DNA of 10,375 nucleotides. Source: Candidatus Micrarchaeota archaeon (GTDB lineage: Archaea; Micrarchaeota; Micrarchaeia; Anstonellales; Bilamarchaeaceae). The notes beneath the pieces were generated by a model. It saw nothing but the letters and a program-made list of their open reading frames with translations. It ran no database searches and was not told the origin of the DNA. The stretch spans positions 1 to 10,375 of the forward strand of contig JBDRLQ010000019.1 in assembly GCA_043812915.1 (NCBI GenBank). Reading direction: 5' to 3'. Position 1 is the stretch's first letter; every line of letters begins with the position of its first letter. Made by a program: the position numbers and the translations under genes. Shown here piece after piece: positions 1 to 6,946 of this stretch.

Positions 1-50
1 CAAATACATGAAAATAGCACAAACGCTGGGAAAATTAATTGCCGGCAGCA

Positions 51-98
51 CAAAGAAGGAAAAGAAAAAGAGGAAAAAATCAAAAAAGAAGAAAGAAA
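51..98 (-). terminator. Long pyrimidine (U-rich) tract, probable archaeal intrinsic terminator of the large surface-protein gene
   Basis: Just after the TAA at 102-104 the minus strand reads TTTCTTTCTTCTTTTTTGATTTTTTCCTCTTTTTCTTTTCCTTCTTTG. Confidence 0.6.
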
Positions 99-101
99 TG
101 G

Positions 102-3100
102 TTACGGTGGCACATACCAGGTGGGCGCCTCAGCAGTACACTTGCTCTCCCCGGGACATACTGGGTTCGAACCCGGGCAGTCGGAGCACGGGAACCTCTT
201 CACATACCCGCAGCAGCAGCTTGACTGTCCGGCTATGTTCGAGACCGCATAGAACCAGGAGTACTTACAGGTCAGGTAACAGGTCGGAGAGTCGAAGTAA
301 CTCTCTGCAGCCGCGCCGCACTCGGATGAAGAGCCGTAGGCCCCAGGAATCACGACCGCGCCGGGAGTTGCTGAGCAGATTTCAGCGCAGTCAAGTTCGG
401 GCGGGTACACGCACCTGCATCCGCCTGAGCAGACCCCTCCGGAACCACAGCCGTTCGGGTTTGCCTTAGGGTCGCACTGCTCGCCTGAATCCACCATCCC
501 GTCTCCGCAGTAGGCTGGAACATCATAGCAGAGGCATCCGAGGCAAACCTCCCCCTCGTAGCAGTCCGAGTCGAACTCGCACTCTTCCCATCCTTCTACG
601 ACCTCATCCCCGCAGTCATTCTCAGGCTCCTCCTCGGAGCAATGGCATTCATAGCAGTTCATCCCCGATGGGCAGTCGTTATCGCTCTCGCATTCCTCAT
701 TGCCGTTGACATCGCCGTCCCCGCACTCGGGCTGCACCTCCTCCTGGCAGTCTGCATTGGATGAGCACTCATCGCCGCCATAGCCATCCACAAGGACGCA
801 TGCCTCATTGTGGCACTCCAGGTGCTGGTATTCAGGAGGCTCCTCGCCCTCGGGCACTTCGCCCGGAGGCACGCAGCGGCAGTTGTAGCAGACGTTTCCG
901 CCTTCACAGCGCACTGTCACGGAGTTTCCATGGTCGCACTCTTCCTGCCCCCCGATTGAGCCGTCCCCGCACTGCGTCGTTTCACCAACACACTTGCAGA
1001 TTCTGCACTGCTGGCCCTCAGGGCAGATATTATAGAGCACATTGCCGCCATCGCAGTCCTCCATCGGGGATGATATCTTTCCATCTCCGCAGACCACAGA
1101 GGTCTCAAGGTCCTTGCACTGGCAGTCCTTGCAGTATTTTCCTTCAGGGCACTTGTTGGTGCTGTAGCTCCCATGGTCGCACTGCTCCCCTCCGGTAATT
1201 GCCCCGTCACCGCAGACAGGCGCAGCGCCGCCATCTCCTCCATCAGGGGGAACACCTTCGCCTCCGCCAACGACAACGCCTTCGCCGTCACCCGGATCGA
1301 CCCAGTCGTCAGGTGGAATTATAACGTCCTCAGGCCCGCAGTAGTCTCCGACGAACTCGCAATCCTCGCAGTCAGTGCCGTCAGGCTCAATCACTATGCA
1401 CATGTACGCAGTTGTCTCGTTGCAGACAACATGGCAGCACCTGCACGGAAGCGGCTCTGTCCATGTTGCATCGTTCGTGTCATTGAGCTTCGTCTGGACA
1501 AAATCCTTGGCTTTCCGCTTTGCCCAGTCGAAGGCCTCCTTGTCAGTCACTGAGCCATCATCGTTCGTATCAACTTCGTCCTTCAGGCTCTCGTTGGACC
1601 TGCCCTGGATATAGTATTGGGTGAAGATGCCTCCTGCCTTCATATCCTGCCAGCTACCTGTCAGACCCCACGCAGGGTTGTCACCTACCGGAGTGATGAC
1701 AGTCCGGCCCTTCCCAGCCAGGTTTGGAGCGGCAACGCCGCTGTGGCAGGAGAAATACATGAAGGTCAGGTAGCAGGACTTGATGTTGTCCAGCTTGTTC
1801 TCGAATCCTATATCCCATGCATGGCCCCCGTCAGCGCTCCCATGGTCTATCGGTGCGCCACCGGGCGGCACTGGCGCAGGGGTTGTAAAGCGCGGGTTTA
1901 TTGTCACCCTGTGCAACTTCTTCGAAGCTCCAGTCGCCTCCCAGTTCGCGACGCCTCCAGTCAATGCGCCAACACCAGTGACCCAGGTCGTCTCGCCGGT
2001 AGTCTTATGCCGATACTCATGCATCTGATAGGACATTCCGTGCCCTGAGATATAGATGAAAACCTCATCGCAGCACTGGGCGTCCCTCGCCAGGGCGTCA
2101 AGCCCGGCAACCAGCCGGTTCATTGTTGTCTGGCCGTCGCTGTTGGCCTCCCCGGCCTGCGCTGTAAGATAATTGATATTTCCGTCAGTAAAGCCCTGCC
2201 CTTTCAGGAATGAATACACATTGGCAGTGTCGCCCCTGAACATGGGCTCATCGTATCCGGTAACTACAAGGGCGCGCTTTGTCCCGACACCCACACAGCA
2301 GAGATCCTCATCGAACGGGACCTGGGTTCCGAGAGGAACATTCGCGATTGCGAGGGCGTTATATTCCAATCTGTAGAATGAGCCAAGCGGCTCTGAGAAA
2401 TCATATGTCAGGTTCCCTTCTGATTTTGCAGGATATACCCTCCACGCGGCATTCATCCTCTCATCGATTGTCGAGAAGTATGAAAGGCCGTTTATTACCG
2501 GGAACCATTCCTCATCATACACCTGGTACTGCGAAGTGGCAGCATCAATCAGGACATAATATGCCTGGTGACCGAATGGCATCAGCGGGTCGGTGTCCAC
2601 GAAGAAGAACCAGGAATCCTTGGTGAGTGTCTGGTTGAAGAACTCATCCCCGCGGTTGGAGCTTATAAGCGTGCCAGAGGGCAGCGGGTCCGGCCCGGGA
2701 GAATACGCATACCAGTCATTGGAGCCGACCACATCGGTGACAACGAGGTCGACCGCATCCTCTTCGGAAAGCGGGAGAGCGTAGCTCTTCGATGGCTTCT
2801 CCATCGAGGGGCAGTTCATATCAATGTCCCTCTCAATCATCCCGGCAAAGACCGCCATGCCAGTGGCGTCCACAGATGCAAGCTTGTCTTTCAGCATCGA
2901 AGCGGATGAGTCCGGATAATCGGCAAGATAGGAATTCACCTTGCTTCCAGCGGCTGTTGCATCCGAAGAAGCGCCTTCCATGTCCTCAATCAGGGAAGTA
3001 TAATCCTTGCTGCAGTCAACGCCCTGCGCGCCGTAGGCGGTTGCCTGGTCGATGTACTCGAAGTACAATTCGACGACATTCAGGGTCATCAGCTGCGCGT

Positions 3101-3365
3101 CTGTTAGAGTTAGATATTGCGGATATTTTCCACTGGCTGTTATCTCACCCTCAAGCTGCCCGACTTCCGAGCGCAGGGAACCAACTGAGGCGGCACTGCC
3201 TGCCTGATATATCCGTTCGTTCAAGTCGTCGAGCCTGTCCGCGAACGGGTCTGGTTCAGGGACTGGCGCCGGGCCGGGGCCCATGAACAGCATTGCCGCC
3301 GCGGCTACGACGAGGATTAGTACTAAGACCAGGAAACCTTTCAGTATGTTTGATAAGCCTCGCAT
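102..3365 (-). CDS. Large membrane-anchored extracellular protein with clan CD (caspase/C13-like) cysteine peptidase domain and C-terminal Cys-rich repeats
   Basis: 1087-aa ORF. N-terminal hydrophobic helix FLVLVLILVVAAAAMLF. Caspase-fold motifs KRALVVTG, DEVFIYISGHG (His442) and LTFMYFSCHSG (Cys540). EF-hand-like DTNDDGSVTDKE. Six CGD(G/E)...E(Q/E/D)C(D/E) repeats. Confidence 0.85.
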   Translation of the reverse strand: MRGLSNILKGFLVLVLILVVAAAAMLFMGPGPAPVPEPDPFADRLDDLNERIYQAGSAASVGSLRSEVGQLEGEITASGKYPQYLTLTDAQLMTLNVVELYFEYIDQATAYGAQGVDCSKDYTSLIEDMEGASSDATAAGSKVNSYLADYPDSSASMLKDKLASVDATGMAVFAGMIERDIDMNCPSMEKPSKSYALPLSEEDAVDLVVTDVVGSNDWYAYSPGPDPLPSGTLISSNRGDEFFNQTLTKDSWFFFVDTDPLMPFGHQAYYVLIDAATSQYQVYDEEWFPVINGLSYFSTIDERMNAAWRVYPAKSEGNLTYDFSEPLGSFYRLEYNALAIANVPLGTQVPFDEDLCCVGVGTKRALVVTGYDEPMFRGDTANVYSFLKGQGFTDGNINYLTAQAGEANSDGQTTMNRLVAGLDALARDAQCCDEVFIYISGHGMSYQMHEYRHKTTGETTWVTGVGALTGGVANWEATGASKKLHRVTINPRFTTPAPVPPGGAPIDHGSADGGHAWDIGFENKLDNIKSCYLTFMYFSCHSGVAAPNLAGKGRTVITPVGDNPAWGLTGSWQDMKAGGIFTQYYIQGRSNESLKDEVDTNDDGSVTDKEAFDWAKRKAKDFVQTKLNDTNDATWTEPLPCRCCHVVCNETTAYMCIVIEPDGTDCEDCEFVGDYCGPEDVIIPPDDWVDPGDGEGVVVGGGEGVPPDGGDGGAAPVCGDGAITGGEQCDHGSYSTNKCPEGKYCKDCQCKDLETSVVCGDGKISSPMEDCDGGNVLYNICPEGQQCRICKCVGETTQCGDGSIGGQEECDHGNSVTVRCEGGNVCYNCRCVPPGEVPEGEEPPEYQHLECHNEACVLVDGYGGDECSSNADCQEEVQPECGDGDVNGNEECESDNDCPSGMNCYECHCSEEEPENDCGDEVVEGWEECEFDSDCYEGEVCLGCLCYDVPAYCGDGMVDSGEQCDPKANPNGCGSGGVCSGGCRCVYPPELDCAEICSATPGAVVIPGAYGSSSECGAAAESYFDSPTCYLTCKYSWFYAVSNIAGQSSCCCGYVKRFPCSDCPGSNPVCPGESKCTAEAPTWYVPP
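408..1217 (-). repeat. Six CGDG-type cysteine-rich protein repeats (resembling the Myxococcus Cys-rich/DUF4215 repeat)
   Basis: CGDGAITGGEQCD, CGDGKISSPMEDCD, CGDGSIGGQEECD, CGDGDVNGNEECE, CGDEVVEGWEECE and CGDGMVDSGEQCD, each followed by a C-x5-C-x2/3-C-x-C segment. Confidence 0.85.
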
Positions 3366-3387
3366 GGGGAGAAATCATAAGTAAAGC

Positions 3388-3394
3388 ATATAAA
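3388..3394 (-). promoter_or_regulatory. TATA box of the large surface-protein gene (probably leaderless mRNA)
   Basis: The minus strand reads TTTATAT, ending about 23 nt upstream of the ATG at 3365. No SD sequence lies in between. Confidence 0.6.
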
Positions 3395-3510
3395 GCTGCC
3401 TCAAATGTGGAATCAGTTATCGAGGTGCGGCAACAAAATGCTGATTGATGGGTTTTCGGCATTCGAAAAGTATCCATATGCGCAGAAAGGGCAACAGATG
3501 CAAGTGACAC

Positions 3511-3532
3511 CAAAAACCAAGAAAAAGAGAAA
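3511..3532 (-). terminator. T-rich trailer/terminator of tRNA-Glu
   Basis: The minus strand after the discriminator reads TTTCTCTTTTTCTTGGTTTTTG. Confidence 0.55.
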
Positions 3533-3648
3533 TGCTCCGTTCGGGATTCGAACCCGAGTCAACGGAGTGAAAGTCCGCGATCCTTGACCGGGATGCCCGG
3601 CAATTTGACTGTGTAAAATGAGTCAAAAGGCCACTAGACTAACGGAGC
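3533..3648 (-). tRNA. tRNA-Glu: tRNA-Glu(UUC) with 41-nt intron in the D-loop (exons 3648-3634 and 3592-3533); CCA not encoded
   Basis: The spliced sequence is GCTCCGTTAGTCTAG|CCCGGTCAAGGATCGCGGACTTTCACTCCGTTGACTCGGGTTCGAATCCCGAACGGAGCA (75 nt). Acceptor stem GCTCCGT/ACGGAGC, D stem GTCT/GGAT, anticodon stem GCGGA/TCCGT with loop CTTTCAC, T arm TCGGG-TTCGAAT-CCCGA. Confidence 0.95.
3593..3633 (-). other. tRNA intron at position 15/16 with relaxed bulge-helix-bulge junction
   Basis: Central 4-bp helix GUCU/GGGC, 3-nt bulges AG^U and AU^C, intron helix GGC/GCC continuing into UUUGACU/AGUCAAA. Splicing restores a typical archaeal D-loop, AGCCCGGUCAA. Confidence 0.8.
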
Positions 3649-3651
3649 TTT

Positions 3652-4230
3652 TTACTCGCCAAGAAGCTTCAGTATGTCCTCGTGGACTGACTGAGCGTCC
3701 CGGCTCGCATCCAGCATATGCCAATTTGGTGTTAAAAACCTTTCCTCATGGAGCTTGATGAAGTTATTCCGCACTTTTTCAAGGTACTCCTTATTCTCCT
3801 CGTAGCGGTCAAGCTCCTTCTGCTTGCTTTTCCTATCCTGGGAAACTTCAGAGCTTATGTCAAGGAGCAGCACCAGGTCCGGCCTTAGGAAGCCGCACTC
3901 TGAAACGATTTTCTTCCCATTATCATAGGATATGCCGTTGATTTCATACGCTATTGTGGAGAAAACGTAGCGGTCCAGGATTACTGTCCTGCCAGCTTCC
4001 AGAGCCTCTTTCACTTTCTGCTGCTCGTTCGCTATGTCTGAGAGGAACAGCAGGAAAAGCGCCTTAGGCCCGAGCGAAACCCTTTTCTCAAGATAATCAT
4101 TCAGAAGGGAATAGTTCTGGGTGGGGTACTTGAAAACGACAAGCTCCGGAATCCCCTCTTTCAGCTTCTCTATCTGAGTGTGTTTTCCACATCCATCAAT
4201 GCCTTCGAGTGCAATGAGCCTGCCTTTCAT
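3652..4230 (-). CDS. tmk: Thymidylate (dTMP) kinase
   Basis: LIALEGIDGCGKHTQ P-loop, ILDRY motif and PDLVLLLD. Start moved to the ATG at 4230 (MKGRLIALEG) from the ORF-track start at 4254. Confidence 0.92.
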   Translation of the reverse strand: MKGRLIALEGIDGCGKHTQIEKLKEGIPELVVFKYPTQNYSLLNDYLEKRVSLGPKALFLLFLSDIANEQQKVKEALEAGRTVILDRYVFSTIAYEINGISYDNGKKIVSECGFLRPDLVLLLDISSEVSQDRKSKQKELDRYEENKEYLEKVRNNFIKLHEERFLTPNWHMLDASRDAQSVHEDILKLLGE

Positions 4231-4308
4231 ATCAATAAACCTCAGGGATTCCAAGGGAAAACGATAGTAGGCCAGTGAATGCTTTTATTGATTCCTCCTA
4301 GTTTTTGT

Positions 4309-4321
4309 GAAGGGATATAAA
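4309..4321 (+). promoter_or_regulatory. Probable BRE/TATA of the pyrB operon (possibly also used for divergent tmk)
   Basis: GAAGGG-ATATAAA ends about 32 nt upstream of the pyrB ATG and reads TTTATAT on the minus strand. Confidence 0.5.
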
Positions 4322-4352
4322 CTTTGGTCTGCAATAGGTTATGGTGCAATAA

Positions 4353-5243
4353 ATGGATCTAATTTCCATCAGAGAGACAGACAAGAAAACCATAGAGGAA
4401 ATACTGGACTCGGCCGAGAAGATTTCGACCGGAGCCAAGAAGGTCGAGCTTTCCGGGAAAATCCTGGCAACCCTTTTTTTCGAGCCATCGACGCGGACAA
4501 AGCTTTCTTTCCAGTCAGCGGCAATGAGGGCAGGCATGGAAACGCTTGACTTCTCACCGGAGTCAAGCTCGCTAAAAAAAGGAGAGAGCTTCATGGACAC
4601 CGTGAAGACGGTCGAGGGCTACGCCGACGTGCTTGCCATAAGGCATCCGAAGGAGGGCTCTGTGCGGCTCGCCGCGGACGTGCTTGAGAAGCCGGTCGTG
4701 AACGGAGGGGACGGCGGGAACCAGCACCCCACCCAGACACTTATTGACCTCTTCTCGATCAAGAAGACAAAGGGGAAGATTAAGGGGCTAAATGTCACGC
4801 TGATGGGCGACCTGAAGCACGCAAGGACCATGCGCTCGCTGGTGTACGGGCTTGCCATGTTCAACGCTAATGTCACCCTAGTTTCACCAAAAGGGCTTGA
4901 GATGGACCCGGCATACCTGGAGGATGTCGAGAAGAAGTTCGGCTTGAATGTGAAGATGCGGAACCAGCCCGACTACTCTGACTCCGATGTATTATATGTA
5001 TGCAGGATACAGGCCGAGAGGTTCGCGGATCCTTATGAGGCAAAGAGCGTGCAGCAGAAGTTCAGGGTGAAGAAGGAGGACCTGAAAGGCGCCAGGGAAG
5101 ACCTGGTGATTCTGCACCCGCTGCCCAAGATAAACGAGATTGAGAGCTCGATAGATTCGATGCCGCAGGCAAAGTATTTCGAGCAGGCTCATTATGGGGT
5201 GCCTTTGAGGATGGCCGTCCTGGACCATGTTTTGAAGAGGTGA
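4353..5243 (+). CDS. pyrB: Aspartate carbamoyltransferase catalytic subunit
   Basis: FFEPSTRT, KKGES, NGGDG-HPTQ, GDLKHART, RIQAERF and HPLP motifs. Confidence 0.97.
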   Translation: MDLISIRETDKKTIEEILDSAEKISTGAKKVELSGKILATLFFEPSTRTKLSFQSAAMRAGMETLDFSPESSSLKKGESFMDTVKTVEGYADVLAIRHPKEGSVRLAADVLEKPVVNGGDGGNQHPTQTLIDLFSIKKTKGKIKGLNVTLMGDLKHARTMRSLVYGLAMFNANVTLVSPKGLEMDPAYLEDVEKKFGLNVKMRNQPDYSDSDVLYVCRIQAERFADPYEAKSVQQKFRVKKEDLKGAREDLVILHPLPKINEIESSIDSMPQAKYFEQAHYGVPLRMAVLDHVLKR

Positions 5244-5248
5244 TATTG

Positions 5249-5680
5249 ATGCAAATCGACGTAATAGAAAAAGGAACCGTAGTGGACCATATCAAAGCGG
5301 GAAAGGGGCCCAGGGTGCTCAGGATTCTTGGGGTTGACGAGAACTACCCGGAGATTGTGGCGCTTGTTATGAACGCGGTCAGCAAGAAGAGCGGGAAGAA
5401 GGACATTGTCAAGATTGCCGAGAAGCAGGTTGATGATAAGGCCGCCAACACAATCGCCCTCATTTCCCCGGGCGCAACAATCAACATCATTGAGGGCCAA
5501 AAGGTCTCAAAGAAGTTCGAGGTGCAGCTTCCGGAAGAGCTCAACGGGGTCGGGAGATGTCCGAATCCCAACTGCATGACCTCTGTCGAGGAGTGCATGC
5601 AGATGTTCGCAAAAGAAGGAGAAGACACCTACAGGTGCCACTACTGCGAGCGCCTCTTCAAGGCTGAGGAACTGGTCTGA
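5249..5680 (+). CDS. pyrI: Aspartate carbamoyltransferase regulatory subunit
   Basis: GTVVDHI, KKDIVKI, ATINII and Zn motifs CPNPNC and CHYC. SD GAGGTGA at 5237-5243 favours the ATG at 5249. Confidence 0.95.
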   Translation: MQIDVIEKGTVVDHIKAGKGPRVLRILGVDENYPEIVALVMNAVSKKSGKKDIVKIAEKQVDDKAANTIALISPGATINIIEGQKVSKKFEVQLPEELNGVGRCPNPNCMTSVEECMQMFAKEGEDTYRCHYCERLFKAEELV

Positions 5681-6099
5681 TGCATTACAAGAAGAAGGGG
5701 AAGGAACTCATCGTCCGCCTGGATGAGGGCGATGAGATTCTCCAGTCCCTTGCCCAGATTTGTGAGAAGAATGGGATTGAGAGCGCGAGCGTTGTCGGCA
5801 TCGGAGCGTTGGAAGCTGCTGAGCTTGCTCATTTTGATACTTTGAAAATGAAGTACAAATCCAAGATGTTCGAGGGGATGTTTGAGATCGTATCATTGCT
5901 CGGGAACATCTGCATGCTTGATGAAAAGCCTACTGCGCACCTGCACATGATTATCGCTGACACGCAGTGCAACTGCTTTGGGGGGCACCTGGTGCAGGGC
6001 ATTGTCAATCCGACCTGCGAGATTGTAATCAGGGAGCTTGGAACGAAAGTAAGAAGGGAAAACGAGAGCAAGACCGGGCTGAACCTCCAGAGGTTCTAG
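5680..6099 (+). CDS. PPC/DUF296 domain protein
   Basis: VRLDEGDEI, GIGAL, FEIVSLLGNI, HLH and GGHL motifs. TGATG overlap with the pyrI stop. Confidence 0.9.
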   Translation: MHYKKKGKELIVRLDEGDEILQSLAQICEKNGIESASVVGIGALEAAELAHFDTLKMKYKSKMFEGMFEIVSLLGNICMLDEKPTAHLHMIIADTQCNCFGGHLVQGIVNPTCEIVIRELGTKVRRENESKTGLNLQRF

Positions 6100-6238
6100 T
6101 TCTCCTTTGCTCGCAACAAGGGTACATGGCAAGGCCGAGCGACTGCTACCTGCGAAGTTCACTCTTTGCAGAGCTTGCAGTTTCTCAAAAGGAGCTGCAG
6201 CACTCTGCACCTTCGCATTGGTCAGATTAAAGGAAACT
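6098..6238. ncRNA. Candidate structured non-coding RNA filling the convergent intergenic gap
   Basis: Nested complementary segments found by eye: AGTT-TCCTTT/AAAGGA-AACT, GCTCG/CGAGC, CTG-ACC/GGT-CAG, TGCGAAG/CTTCGCA, TGCAGAG/CTCTGCA and TTGCAGTTTCT/AGGAGCTGCAG. Family not recognised. Confidence 0.45.
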
Positions 6239-6894
6239 CAGCCAACATACTCCAGAACGACGAACATGTGGTCCTTGTCGTAGGGGTCGAGGGTCATTTT
6301 CTCCAGGACCTTGAACTTCGTCTCCAGCTTTTTGATTACCTCTTTGTACACGTCCTCGGGCCTTCTGGTGACGTCTATGCTCTGGCTCTTGATGCAAATC
6401 ATGGCGATTCCGCCCTTCTTCAGGAACATCTCCGCGTTAATGATTAGTATATCATCCTGGTCGGGCTGGGCAACATCCATATAGATAATATCCACAATAC
6501 CGACATCCTTATACTCCTGGGGCTGCCTGGCATCCGCGTGAATCGGAATCAGATTGTCCCGCAGTTCGCAAAGAGGAAGCAGGGATTTCATGCACTGGTG
6601 CGCGAACTCCACAGCGTAAAGCTCGCCTTCAGCCCCAATAATATCGGAAAGGTGGGAAGGGGTTGTCCCGGTGGACGCCCCGAGGTAAAGAATCTTGGAG
6701 CCTTTCTTGAACGGAAATGTCTTGAGGCCTTTCCGCATGGCGCCTGAGAGCTTGCTGCGATAGGAATCCCATACCCGGAATTCCTGGCCATCCACCCTGA
6801 TGAGCTTCTCGCCATAAACCTTCCTGCCGGGAACCGCATTGACTGTCGCGAATGCCTTCCCTATTTTATATACCCCGCCAAATATCTTCTCCAT
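6238..6894 (-). CDS. flpA: Fibrillarin-like rRNA/tRNA 2'-O-methyltransferase
   Basis: VYGEK, WDSYRSKL, ILYLGASTGTTPSH, VEF, DARQP, DVAQPDQ and SIDVT motifs. Confidence 0.97.
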   Translation of the reverse strand: MEKIFGGVYKIGKAFATVNAVPGRKVYGEKLIRVDGQEFRVWDSYRSKLSGAMRKGLKTFPFKKGSKILYLGASTGTTPSHLSDIIGAEGELYAVEFAHQCMKSLLPLCELRDNLIPIHADARQPQEYKDVGIVDIIYMDVAQPDQDDILIINAEMFLKKGGIAMICIKSQSIDVTRRPEDVYKEVIKKLETKFKVLEKMTLDPYDKDHMFVVLEYVG

Positions 6895-6926
6895 AATAAT
6901 TACCCTTGGAATGCACTACTGACCAC

Positions 6927-6946
6927 GGAAAGATACCTTTATATAG
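6927..6946 (+). promoter_or_regulatory. BRE/TATA promoter of the rps19e operon, possibly bidirectional with flpA
   Basis: GGAAAGATACC-TTTATATA on the plus strand; TATATAAA on the minus strand facing flpA. Confidence 0.6.

Noticed and set aside
161..177. CTGGGTTCGAACCCGGG resembling a tRNA T-arm or att site
   Set aside because: It lies inside the CDS (encodes PGSNP on the minus strand), is in the opposite orientation to tRNA-Glu, does not match it, and has no other tRNA arms.
8..469. 153-aa plus-strand ORF and the other plus-strand ORFs up to 3286
   Set aside because: Antisense shadows of the 1087-aa gene. The Lys run comes from the reverse complement of the terminator tract.
408..1217. Periodic CCGCAG/CCGTC DNA motifs as a possible CRISPR-like array
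   Set aside because: They are degenerate at third codon positions and fully explained by the CGDG protein repeats.
3405..3626. Short ORFs 3405-3587 (+) and 3417-3626 (-)
   Set aside because: They overlap the tRNA gene and show no protein-like features.
3586..3630. Alternative intron placement near 19/20-21/22, or two tandem introns
   Set aside because: The GGCC/GGUC helix would leave U at conserved A21 or break the D stem. The 15/16 placement gives correct bulges and a standard archaeal D-loop.
4174..4203. Tmk P-loop GKHT instead of GK[ST]T
   Set aside because: This position varies in thymidylate kinases and the other motifs are intact, so it is not evidence of inactivation.
6098..6240. 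Intergenic structure as a hammerhead ribozyme, 5S rRNA, or SECIS for the flpA TGA
   Set aside because: GTTC...GAAAC is present but the CUGANGA core is not. There are no 5S conserved motifs. The TGA falls at the normal fibrillarin C-terminus.
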